Source: Phycisphaerae bacterium (GTDB taxonomy: Bacteria > Planctomycetota > Phycisphaerae > UBA1845 > UTPLA1). Taken from it: a stretch of DNA of 53,084 bases. This document shows positions 18,018 to 26,104 of this stretch, piece by piece (the first letter of the stretch is position 1; every line of letters starts with the position of its first letter). The translations under genes and the position numbers were made by a program. Under the pieces are notes generated by a model. The model was not told where the DNA came from. It did no database searches and saw only the letters and a list, made by a program, of their open reading frames with translations. The stretch lies in contig JAUVGW010000001.1 in NCBI GenBank assembly GCA_030593565.1, forward strand, positions 1 to 53,084, given 5' to 3'.

Positions 18018-20147
18018 TTCCACGCCGGACGAGCGCGAAACGTTAGCCTCATCACGCTCGTTCGTCAAACGATAGTACACACCGAAGACGGCCGGACTCC
18101 GCGTTCGCGGCCACCACCGCCCCAGGAACGAGCCTTCATCAACCGCTGCCTGATTCAACAACCGGACAAACACAAGCCGTCTGCCGATGTCGGACGCCGT
18201 CAGCGGAATGCAAACTCTGTACGTCTCGATCGTGTCGTCGGCCTCCACCGTGGCCCGCAGGGCCGCCGAGTCGGGCGACGTGCGATTTCCCTTTTCAATC
18301 ACCTCGCAGATGCCGACGCCCAGCCGGGCGTCCTCGCCGAATGCCGTGTCGCCCCGCACCCACAACAGGACCTCCAACACGTCGCCCTCCACGCCGGACA
18401 CATCGATCTCCCCCGCCAGCGTGCTTCCCCGCCAGTGCAACCGATGGTAGCTCGGCAGCCTGTTCTTGGGTCGTTTCCTGTAACCCTTGGCCAACAGTTT
18501 CCTCGGCCAGCTTCGATCGATTTCCACTTTCGCGAACCCCTCGACCTCCAGGCGCTCGGCGATCACCGTCGGCATGTCGGACCGGAGATAGAACTCCACC
18601 GTCCGCCGCGTGTAACAGAACGGGTCGAACAAAACGACAAACAGGCCTAACAGACCGACGGATGCCGGGCCCCAGTGCAGCGCCGCCCGAATCCTCCCGC
18701 CGCCGCGACGGCGCGAACCGGCCATGATGAACATGCTGAGAATGAGGAGTTGCAGATAGCCGAAGAAATACCGCCCGTGCGCCGCATAGCGATTGATCGT
18801 GTGATAGGCGTGGTGGTTGCGGTAAACGAAGTAGAGAAAGTACACCGCGACCAGGACCAGGTACGCCCCCACGAGTAGCTTGGCACCTGTGGCACCGCCG
18901 TCCCGGCGGTGCGGACACGGGGCCGGGCCGGGGACGGCCCGGCTCGCTGTGGAAGTTACGGGGCGTGCCCTAAGAAAAAATCCAAACGACGACGCGAATA
19001 CGAGCAGCAGACTGACGCCGAACAGATAGGCGATCTGTCTGTTGTTGTGGCGATACAGCCGTTCGGCGTGGCCGAGGATACCATTCGTGCTGCGCAGGAT
19101 GTTCGTCGCGCACAATTCGGCCATCTCGGTGTACGACTTCGGTGGGATATGGCCGTCGGCAGGCACCTGGTAGAACTTGCTCCGCTCCTTCGCGATGTCG
19201 TGCACGCGCGAATACGACGGCTGCACCGCGCCGTACCGTGCCAGGTTCGTGCCCAGATGGATGATGACGACGACGCAAAGCGCAATCGCAGCAATCCGCC
19301 ACGCAAACAGGCCCGCGCGGTCACGCAACTGCGGCACCGGCGCGGTCGGAGCTGGAAGCTGTTGAAGCCGACCGGCCCGCCACCTTCCGCGCACCTCCCA
19401 AAACAGCCGGCCGCACAGGAGCAACCCGAAGCCCAACACGAACATCCAAAGCGTCGCCTTCGACAGCACGCCCGCGGCCAGCAGGAACACCGACACCCAA
19501 AACGCCTGCCTGTCGCCCTCGAGGAAGTACCGACTGCAATACAGCGTGATGTACGGCCACAGCGTGAGCAACATGACGTCGTTGTTCAGGCTGCCTCCGG
19601 TATACAGGGAGACCGGCGGAAGCACCATCAGCGCCGTCGCCGGTACCGCCAGCCACGCGTGCAGCAGCCCGATCCGAACGAAGTGGCGCACCAGCAGATA
19701 GACACCCAATAGACCGACAAACGCAAGGAACTGCGACGCCGACCGCAACACAGGGATGATCACCCGACTCGTCTCGCGGCTACCGTATGGCACGCACTCG
19801 CGGCCGACCTCCGTGAATTGCCGGTCCGGCTCCACCAGAAGATAGACACCGGCCAACAGGTAGTAATACAGCGGCGGATGTTTCAGGTGATTCGGGTCCG
19901 TTGGCCGGTCCGTGAACATGGACGCATAGTCAATCGGAAACTCGCCGAAGTGGTCCGCGACGTACTTGATGTAGGAGTAGTGGTGTCGCTCGTCCGGCGC
20001 GGTCCGCGGCGACGCGATCGACCCGCTGAGGCTCGTCAACAACGCCGCAACGACGAGAATAGCCGAGACCAGGAACCGGCACACGCCCCCGAACGGACGC
20101 AAGGGACGATTGCCGGCATTGCCTGTACCACCATCAGCCACCAACAT
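17973..20147 (-). CDS. GT-C fold (ArnT/PMT-like) membrane glycosyltransferase, first gene of the operon
   Basis: It is multi-pass, with an APDERHHYSY acidic loop motif and KHPPLYYYLLAGVYLL typical of the PMT_2/ArnT family. The C-terminal roughly 200 aa form a soluble domain. Confidence 0.8.
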   Translation of the reverse strand: MLVADGGTGNAGNRPLRPFGGVCRFLVSAILVVAALLTSLSGSIASPRTAPDERHHYSYIKYVADHFGEFPIDYASMFTDRPTDPNHLKHPPLYYYLLAGVYLLVEPDRQFTEVGRECVPYGSRETSRVIIPVLRSASQFLAFVGLLGVYLLVRHFVRIGLLHAWLAVPATALMVLPPVSLYTGGSLNNDVMLLTLWPYITLYCSRYFLEGDRQAFWVSVFLLAAGVLSKATLWMFVLGFGLLLCGRLFWEVRGRWRAGRLQQLPAPTAPVPQLRDRAGLFAWRIAAIALCVVVIIHLGTNLARYGAVQPSYSRVHDIAKERSKFYQVPADGHIPPKSYTEMAELCATNILRSTNGILGHAERLYRHNNRQIAYLFGVSLLLVFASSFGFFLRARPVTSTASRAVPGPAPCPHRRDGGATGAKLLVGAYLVLVAVYFLYFVYRNHHAYHTINRYAAHGRYFFGYLQLLILSMFIMAGSRRRGGGRIRAALHWGPASVGLLGLFVVLFDPFCYTRRTVEFYLRSDMPTVIAERLEVEGFAKVEIDRSWPRKLLAKGYRKRPKNRLPSYHRLHWRGSTLAGEIDVSGVEGDVLEVLLWVRGDTAFGEDARLGVGICEVIEKGNRTSPDSAALRATVEADDTIETYRVCIPLTASDIGRRLVFVRLLNQAAVDEGSFLGRWWPRTRSPAVFGVYYRLTNERDEANVSRSSGVEGPRIQGSRLNDGIG

Positions 20148-21277
20148 GCTCCCATTTTAGACACTGCCGTGGGATTGGGCCATGCACTGGGTGCCCCACT
20201 CCATTTCGTCCATCTGAAGGACCGGCGATCGCCGTGGAAAACCGAATTGGAGTTGACGTGATCTTCTCCTTGCCTCTAGCCCCCGCCTCTGGAAGCGGTG
20301 GGAGCTCCTTCTCGCACTCACGCAGGGCTGTGCCGTCATTCCGGCTCACCAGCTCCGACAGGCCCGATACGCTCCAGAACCACCGATTCGGCAAACACGT
20401 TCTTGTCCGCTTCTTCCTAGCTCGGCAAGCACAACTCGTCATTCAGGAACGTCAACACGATCGTTACCAATTCGGGTTCATCGATCGCGATCGTACCATC
20501 CTAGCAGCCCGTGGCAGAAGTCCGTGACGGCCCTTTACGACTGCGTTTCCGATAGCGCCAGGACAGACGAATCGGCCCTCTCGGCACTTTCACTACAGGC
20601 TGCTACGCTACCGTCTCATCCGGCCTCGCCGCGCTCTCCTGTTGGGGCTGCCCGGACCAACCGGACTCCATCCGGCGGACGACGTGGCGATGATGATTAC
20701 TATGGGCGCATCGCTCCAGCCCAAGCCGACGAGTACATGTTGCACAGCATTTTGGGGCTCATTCTGAACACCCCCCTGGAGGGTGTCAAGAGGCCACACG
20801 CTACCGCCAATCTCCCGTCAGCGTAAACGCTGCTCAGTAGTAGGGAGGTGATGGAACTCGGCATGGCGGGCGTGTCTGCGAAGCCGCTTGGTTGCCTGGA
20901 TACGTGCCGACTGGCTCAGGCGATGTGCGACCCGCCGATCTACGAACTCGGTACGGTCGTCCGCTGCCTGGGGATCGAAGTGAATGGGGAACACAGGCCG
21001 CTCGCCGATGGGCCGGCTGGTCGTCTCGTCCGCTGTCCGATCGGTCAGTCGGTCGGGCGGGGTCGTCGGCCGGATTGTCGGGCGTGTGCTCATGTCGGTG
21101 GTTCCTTGCCGTGCTGCGTATTCTAAGGCCGGACTCGCCGTTTCCGCAACACGCCTTGTGGCCGCCACACGAAAACGGGCGTGCCGTTGTGACGGCCCCC
21201 GCGGCGGGAATGCAAGGCCGCATCGCGGACCACGGCGAAGTTGCATCCAGCTCGCAGCGCATGGGACACACGAAGTT

Positions 21278-21456
21278 ATGGCAACCATCGTGGATGGTGA
21301 GGCCCTGTGTTCGGTCCTGAGTCCTGCATCGACTGTGGGCTGTGCGTCGATGAATACACGAAAGACACCATCTTCCCCGACGACGAACTGCCGGACAAGT
21401 GGAAGTCGTACCGGCAACGCAATGCGGAGCACTTCAAACGGTTGTCCGGCGGATAG
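21278..21456 (+). pseudogene. Internally deleted and frameshifted 7Fe-type ferredoxin remnant
   Basis: MATIVDGE.. (ATG 21278) resembles a ferredoxin N-terminus. Frame 1 from 21301 reads GPVFGPESCIDCGLCVDEYTKDTIFPDDELPDKWKSYRQRNAEHFKRLSGG*, like the C-terminal half of FdxA-type ferredoxins, but the final CP of the cluster motif is lost. The two parts are out of frame. Confidence 0.5.
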
Positions 21457-21494
21457 ACGCTTTCACGATTCAATGTGGCACCGGCATCTCGGTG

Positions 21495-21515
21495 TCACCG
21501 GCGTCTCGCCGGTGA
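21495..21515. terminator. 9-bp GC hairpin between convergent gene ends
   Basis: TCACCGGCG-TCT-CGCCGGTGA lies 32 nt beyond the thiC stop. It has no clear U-tract. Confidence 0.35.
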
Positions 21516-21546
21516 TCCCACCTCCGTGTGGGGTAAATGTCGGATT

Positions 21547-23259
21547 TCACCGTTTGGCCATGTTCGATTCAGCGGAGCTTTTTTGGATTTCCTCAGCTTC
21601 CTTCACGTCGGCGACGTTGTCACTGTGGCAGGCGCGTTTTCCGTCATGTCGGGCCGGCAGCCCGCGCTGCTCGGATATCGGTTTGGGCGACTGCGCGCTA
21701 CCGGGATCGGGGGAGGCCACCGGCGAGACGCCGGTGCCGCAGGTTTGTTTGTCGGCTTCGTCCTTGCCGCTGGCGAACTGCTCGATTTCCTTGCTGATCC
21801 GCAACGTGCACCAGTCGTGGCCGCACATCGCGCAGTAGTCGGCCTCGACGTCCAGTTCCTCGGTCCGTAGCGAGCGCGCCGTCTCACCGTCGAAGGCGAG
21901 TTCGAAATGTCTCGGCCAGTCCAAGGCTGCCCGGGCACGACCCATGTCGTGATCCCACTCGATTGCGCCGGGGACGCCACGCGCGATATCGCCGGCGTGG
22001 GCGGCGATCTTGTACGCGATGCAGCCCTCCTTGACGTCATGCGACTTCGGCAGGCCGACATGCTCCTTCGGCGTGACGTAGCACAGCATGGCCGCACCGG
22101 CACGGGCCGCCTCGGTCGCGCCGATGCAACTCGTGATATGGTCGTAGCCCGGGAAGACATCCGTAACGACCGGCCCGAGCACGTAAAACGGGGCGTCATC
22201 GCAGATGCGCTGCTCGATCTGCATGTTCCACGCCACCTCGTGCAACGGCACGTGGCCCGGCCCCTCGACCATGACCTGCACGCCGGCTTCGCGGGCGCGG
22301 TGGGTCAACTCGCCGAGGACCTCCAATTCCGCGATCTGTGCCGCGTCGCCCGCGTCCTTCAGGCAGCCCGGCCGCACGCCGTCGCCCAGCGAATAGGCCA
22401 CGTCGTACTCGCGCATGATCGCGGAGATGTCGTCGAACACCTCGTACGTCGGGTTCTGCTTGCCGTGGTGCAGCATCCATTTGGCCAGCAGCGACCCGCC
22501 CCGCGAGACCAGCCCGGACAGCCGATGATTGATCAGGTGCAGGTTCTCCCGAAGGATGCCCGCATGGATCGTGAAGTAGTCTACGCCCTGTCGGGCCTGG
22601 TTTTCGACCTCCTTCAGGATGTCGTCGTATGTCAGGTCCTCGACCGAGCGGTTGATGATCATCGAGTAGATCGGCACGGTACCGATGGGGATCGTGCTGT
22701 TGTCGATGATGGCTTGTCGACACTCGTCGAGATTCCCGCCGGTGGACAAGTCCATCAGCGTGTCGGCTCCGTACTTCTGAGCCCAGCGGAGTTTCTCGAT
22801 TTCCGCCTGCGTGCCGGACGCGACCGGGCTGGCGCCGATGTTGGCGTTGATCTTGGTGGTGATCATCCGGCCGATGCCGATCGGGTCGAGACGCCGAGGC
22901 GCGACCTGGCCCTCGAGGACGCCCGGCCGGTCGATCTCGGCCCACCGCTGGGCGGCGGTCTGGTTCACCCACAGCCGCGCGCTGTCGCCGTGCCCCGGGT
23001 GACCGGCGGCCAGGTCGAGGTGCTCGACATCGACGATCTGCCGCGCACTGCTACCACCGGCTACGTCATCGCCGGTGGCCTCGCGCATCCGCGGCGCCTG
23101 CCCCGCCGAGCCAGCAAGGTGCCGCACATTGGCCGGTATGATCAACCGCCCCCGCGCGACTTCCTCGCGGATGAAAGACGGCGAAACATTCTCGCGCTGG
23201 GCGACACGCGTCATCTCAAGTGTCGTAATGCCCTTTCGGGCGGATTGTAGTTGTGTCAT
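21547..23259 (-). CDS. thiC: Phosphomethylpyrimidine synthase ThiC
   Basis: There is full-length similarity to ThiC (ARKGITTLEM.., ..FYVLGP..TD..GYDHI.., C-terminal CAMCGHDWC cluster motif). It also has a roughly 80-aa low-complexity tail. Confidence 0.95.
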   Translation of the reverse strand: MTQLQSARKGITTLEMTRVAQRENVSPSFIREEVARGRLIIPANVRHLAGSAGQAPRMREATGDDVAGGSSARQIVDVEHLDLAAGHPGHGDSARLWVNQTAAQRWAEIDRPGVLEGQVAPRRLDPIGIGRMITTKINANIGASPVASGTQAEIEKLRWAQKYGADTLMDLSTGGNLDECRQAIIDNSTIPIGTVPIYSMIINRSVEDLTYDDILKEVENQARQGVDYFTIHAGILRENLHLINHRLSGLVSRGGSLLAKWMLHHGKQNPTYEVFDDISAIMREYDVAYSLGDGVRPGCLKDAGDAAQIAELEVLGELTHRAREAGVQVMVEGPGHVPLHEVAWNMQIEQRICDDAPFYVLGPVVTDVFPGYDHITSCIGATEAARAGAAMLCYVTPKEHVGLPKSHDVKEGCIAYKIAAHAGDIARGVPGAIEWDHDMGRARAALDWPRHFELAFDGETARSLRTEELDVEADYCAMCGHDWCTLRISKEIEQFASGKDEADKQTCGTGVSPVASPDPGSAQSPKPISEQRGLPARHDGKRACHSDNVADVKEAEEIQKSSAESNMAKR

Positions 23260-23357
23260 GGGATTACCTATTCGTTACCATGGGATTGCCTTGGCCCCTC
23301 CGGAGCCAGTGAAGACATCCATACAACGCGCCAGACGGTGGCAAAAGGCCACATCGA

Positions 23358-24428
23358 TTACGCCGGCCCCCTTCTCGATTCCGCCAAGTCCAGTTCGGGC
23401 GCTTTGGTGCCGAGCCGGCGCAGCATGTTGACCGCCTGGGCTCGGTGGTGGGTGCCGTGGCCGAGTAGTTGCAGCATCGACTCGCCCAGGCGGAAGTTCA
23501 GTTTCACTTCATTCCGCACGTATGCCGAGACGACGCGGTGAAGATCGTCGTTCGTCAGCCCGTCGAAAAACGAATCTCGCCGCTGGGCAGATTGCGTGAA
23601 CGCCGATAGCACATCGGCGATTGGCGCATCCGCCGCCAAGTCGTCAAACCCGAGCTGCGGTCCTTCCGTCCAATTCCTGTACCACCAGTGTTCGGCGTCG
23701 CGAATGTGGATCAACGTCTTGCGAACTGTACCGAGCCCCATCTCGAACGACCGATCGAGCTGTTCATCCGAAAGCACCGCGGCGACGGCGGCCACACGAC
23801 CGAAGGCCCAATCGCCATAGCGGAAGAAGTCGCGGATCGTTGCGAGGTCCAGCGGCGCCGGTGCCACGACCGTGTCGCTCACGGCGAAATCCAGTTCGCC
23901 CAATCTGGGTAGAAACTCCGGCTCGTGTTCGACGGTCGGGCGTTCCAGTCGCATGAACAAGTAGTCCAACCCCGGCGGCTTGACGCCGTGGTGGCGCAGC
24001 ATGTTGAGCGCCTGCGCCCGATGGTGAATGCCGTGGTTGACTAGATGGATCAACACGTCGCCAAGGCGATTCGTGGCACTCACACCGCCGTCCGGCGTCA
24101 TTGTGACCGTTCTGTCGAGATCGGCGGTCGTGAGAGCCGCCAGCCACGCGTCGCGGGCATCCGCAACATTGCCCGTAGCCGTCGCGAGGTCGTCCATCGT
24201 CGCCAGGTCACGAGCGCGCGCGAGGTCGTCATACCCCAGCGCTGCCGTCCACTTGTGCCAGATTCGCTCGGCACCGTAGATGTGTCGCAGGTTCGCGCGT
24301 AGCGATCCCCAGCCCATCTCGACCGGGGCGTCGAGATGCTCATCCGTCAGGCCAGCGGCGGTCCGCATGACTTTTTGATTGGCCCAGCGGTTGTAAACGT
24401 TCAGTTCGCGAATCGTATCGAGGGACAT
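23358..24428 (-). CDS. Tandem DinB-fold protein (two DinB/DinB_2-like four-helix-bundle halves)
   Basis: Half 1: YNRWANQKV..LRHIYGAERIW..HLVNHGIHHRAQALNMLRHHGVKPPGLDY. Half 2: YGDWAFGRV..LIHIRDAEHWW..LLGHGTHHRAQAVNMLRRLGTKAPELD. Confidence 0.85.
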   Translation of the reverse strand: MSLDTIRELNVYNRWANQKVMRTAAGLTDEHLDAPVEMGWGSLRANLRHIYGAERIWHKWTAALGYDDLARARDLATMDDLATATGNVADARDAWLAALTTADLDRTVTMTPDGGVSATNRLGDVLIHLVNHGIHHRAQALNMLRHHGVKPPGLDYLFMRLERPTVEHEPEFLPRLGELDFAVSDTVVAPAPLDLATIRDFFRYGDWAFGRVAAVAAVLSDEQLDRSFEMGLGTVRKTLIHIRDAEHWWYRNWTEGPQLGFDDLAADAPIADVLSAFTQSAQRRDSFFDGLTNDDLHRVVSAYVRNEVKLNFRLGESMLQLLGHGTHHRAQAVNMLRRLGTKAPELDLAESRRGPA

Positions 24429-24434
24429 GGCTTG

Positions 24435-24545
24435 CCGCTTCCCTACGCACCTCGTCGCCGCGCGGAGCCAGCGCCTCGGTGGTCAGGTTCGAAGGGTTCC
24501 GGCTCACCGGCCGGATCTCAGCCCTCATCGGGCACCCCTAGCGAA
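24435..24545 (-). promoter_or_regulatory. TPP (THI-box) riboswitch
   Basis: The minus strand reads CGCTAGGGGTGCCCGATGAGGGCTGAGATCCGGCCGGTGAGCCGGAACCCTTCGAACCTGACCACCGAGGCGCTGGCTCCGCGCGGCGACGAGGTGCGTAGGGAAGCGG. All conserved cores (GGGGTGC, GCTGAGA, ACCC..GAACCTGA, GCGTAGGGAA) are in canonical order. It ends 6 nt before the ATG at 24428. The P4/P5 arm is longer than in E. coli thiM. Confidence 0.8.
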
Positions 24546-24612
24546 CGAACAGATGATAGGCCGGAACCGGTGGGATGGCAATTGGGAGGGGCGACGGTAT
24601 GTGGCGGCCAGC

Positions 24613-25128
24613 CTAGCCGACGTTGCAGAGCGTGAATGAACCGTCCGAAGCACTTGCGGCTTGGGTGTGCGGTGGGTTCGGGAGCCCGTGGCCCAGACTC
24701 GCACCGGCATCGTCGATCACGATGCGTGTCCGCACGTCTTCGGGAAAGTACACGCCTCCGGCCAGGACTTCATCGATGGCGACGGAGATGAGCTGCCAGA
24801 GTTGGTGTTTTGGAACGAGGGCCCGGATGCCTGTTTGGAGGGCTCGCGCGATGCATCGATCGTCGAAGGTGGTGGCGATAAGGATCAAACGCGTCGTCGG
24901 CCAACGCGATCTGATCCTGGTCGCAAGCTGGAAGCAGTTGCTTTCTGCGGAGTCGATGTCCATGATGATGATGCTTGCGGCCCGCCAGTCCAGGTTTTCG
25001 GTCGGGTCTGCCGGTAGGTCGACAATGCCGAGAAGGAACAGACGCGGATCACGTTCCAACCGGAGGGCAACGCAGTCCATCAGAAACCCATGGTTGCCGA
25101 CGAGGAGTGTTGTAGCCCTTTTCTGCAA
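24613..25128 (-). CDS. NarL/FixJ-like receiver-domain protein lacking an output domain and the N-terminal acidic pair
   Basis: LLVGNHGFL stands in place of the usual ..DDHP... IIIMDID (phospho-acceptor Asp) and ALVPK (conserved Lys) are retained. GGVYFPEDV is the linker typical of NarL-type regulators, but no LuxR HTH follows. Confidence 0.7.
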   Translation of the reverse strand: MQKRATTLLVGNHGFLMDCVALRLERDPRLFLLGIVDLPADPTENLDWRAASIIIMDIDSAESNCFQLATRIRSRWPTTRLILIATTFDDRCIARALQTGIRALVPKHQLWQLISVAIDEVLAGGVYFPEDVRTRIVIDDAGASLGHGLPNPPHTQAASASDGSFTLCNVG

Positions 25129-25180
25129 TTCCCACCTCCCTTAAACTGTCTAAAGGCCAGGTGCCACGGTGTCCATGATA

Positions 25181-25290
25181 GATTCGGCGGGCTGCGACAC
25201 CGAGGGTAGCGTCGGCCCCCCGCGGCCGACGTGAAGTACTGAGGGGGTCCTCCGCGGATACGTCGGCCACGGGGGGGCCGATGCCACATT
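25181..25290. repeat. REP-A copy 1 (nested palindrome GTAGCGTCGGCCCCCCGYGGCCGACGT..ACGTCGGCCACGGGGGGCCGAYGC)
   Basis: It shares the prefix GGCTGCGACAC and both arms with the copies at 26511-26620 and 44917-45022. Confidence 0.85.
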
Positions 25291-25507
25291 CACCACCGGC
25301 TTTGGCGCCGGTGCCACAGCGCCCGTTCACCTGCCGTTCCCTTAGTTGTTCGCCGTTGGTGGGGCCAATCTTTCTCATCTCCGGAAAGAAATGAGAAAGA
25401 TTTGGACGGGTTCCGACGAATGGTGAAGTAGATGGCGTCTATTCGGAGGCCAGCCTCGGCAAGTAGTCGTAACAGCGGTGTCGCAATCTTGCATTTGGGA
25501 TGGTCTC

Positions 25508-26104
25508 ATGACGACGGTCACGAGCCTGACGTTGTTGGAAGCACTCGGCGGTGGCCGGGATGAACGCGCCTGGCGGGAGTTCTTCCGGTTATACGCGCCG
25601 ATGCTGATGGGCTTCACTCGCCAATTGGGGCTTCGCGAAGAAGACGCGAATGATGCGGTGCAGGAAACGCTCGTGGCGGTACATGCAGCGTTTCGGGAAG
25701 CTAACAACCCGTTCGACCGCTCGAAAGGCAGGTTCAAGGCGTGGCTGCGCGGGATCGCCCAACACAAAGTGCGCGACGTGCAGCGGCGACGAATGCGCGC
25801 GGAAACGGTCGAAATAATGGGGGACCGTGCGGCGGGCTTGGTCGACGCGGTCCAGCAGAATCTGGACGAAGCGTTTGATCGCGAATGGCAGCGGACAATG
25901 TTGGCTCGGTGCCTGGATGAAGTGGCCGGGCAGGTCGATCCCGTCGTGTATCAGGCCTTTGAGCTGTACGCGGTACACGGTCGGGACCCACGGGAAGTCG
26001 CGAAGCTGCTGGGTGTCAGCCGCAATGCGATCTACATCAGCAAGACGCGTGTGATGAAGCGAATCAAGGCGGTCCTCGCGGATATCAGAGCGATTGAGGA
26101 TTGA
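25508..26104 (+). CDS. ECF (group 4) RNA polymerase sigma factor
   Basis: A region 2-like segment (DANDAVQETLVAV) and a region 4 HTH (VSRNAIYISKTRVMKRIK) are present. I chose the ATG at 25508; the ORF opens at 25478 (GTG). Confidence 0.85.
   Translation: MTTVTSLTLLEALGGGRDERAWREFFRLYAPMLMGFTRQLGLREEDANDAVQETLVAVHAAFREANNPFDRSKGRFKAWLRGIAQHKVRDVQRRRMRAETVEIMGDRAAGLVDAVQQNLDEAFDREWQRTMLARCLDEVAGQVDPVVYQAFELYAVHGRDPREVAKLLGVSRNAIYISKTRVMKRIKAVLADIRAIED

Noticed and set aside
20818-21432. 204-aa and 145-aa minus-strand ORFs and the 284-aa plus-strand ORF in the spacer
   Set aside because: They overlap one another, have low-complexity Arg/Pro/Thr-rich products and no motifs. The only recognisable coding signal is the ferredoxin remnant in another frame.
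23260-23357. Expected TPP riboswitch directly upstream of thiC
   Set aside because: The 98-nt spacer, read on the minus strand, lacks CTGAGA, GGGGTGC and CCTGA cores. It has only a 5-bp GTGGC hairpin and a half REP-K-like GGCTCCGGAGGGGCC. The real THI-box is upstream of the DinB gene.
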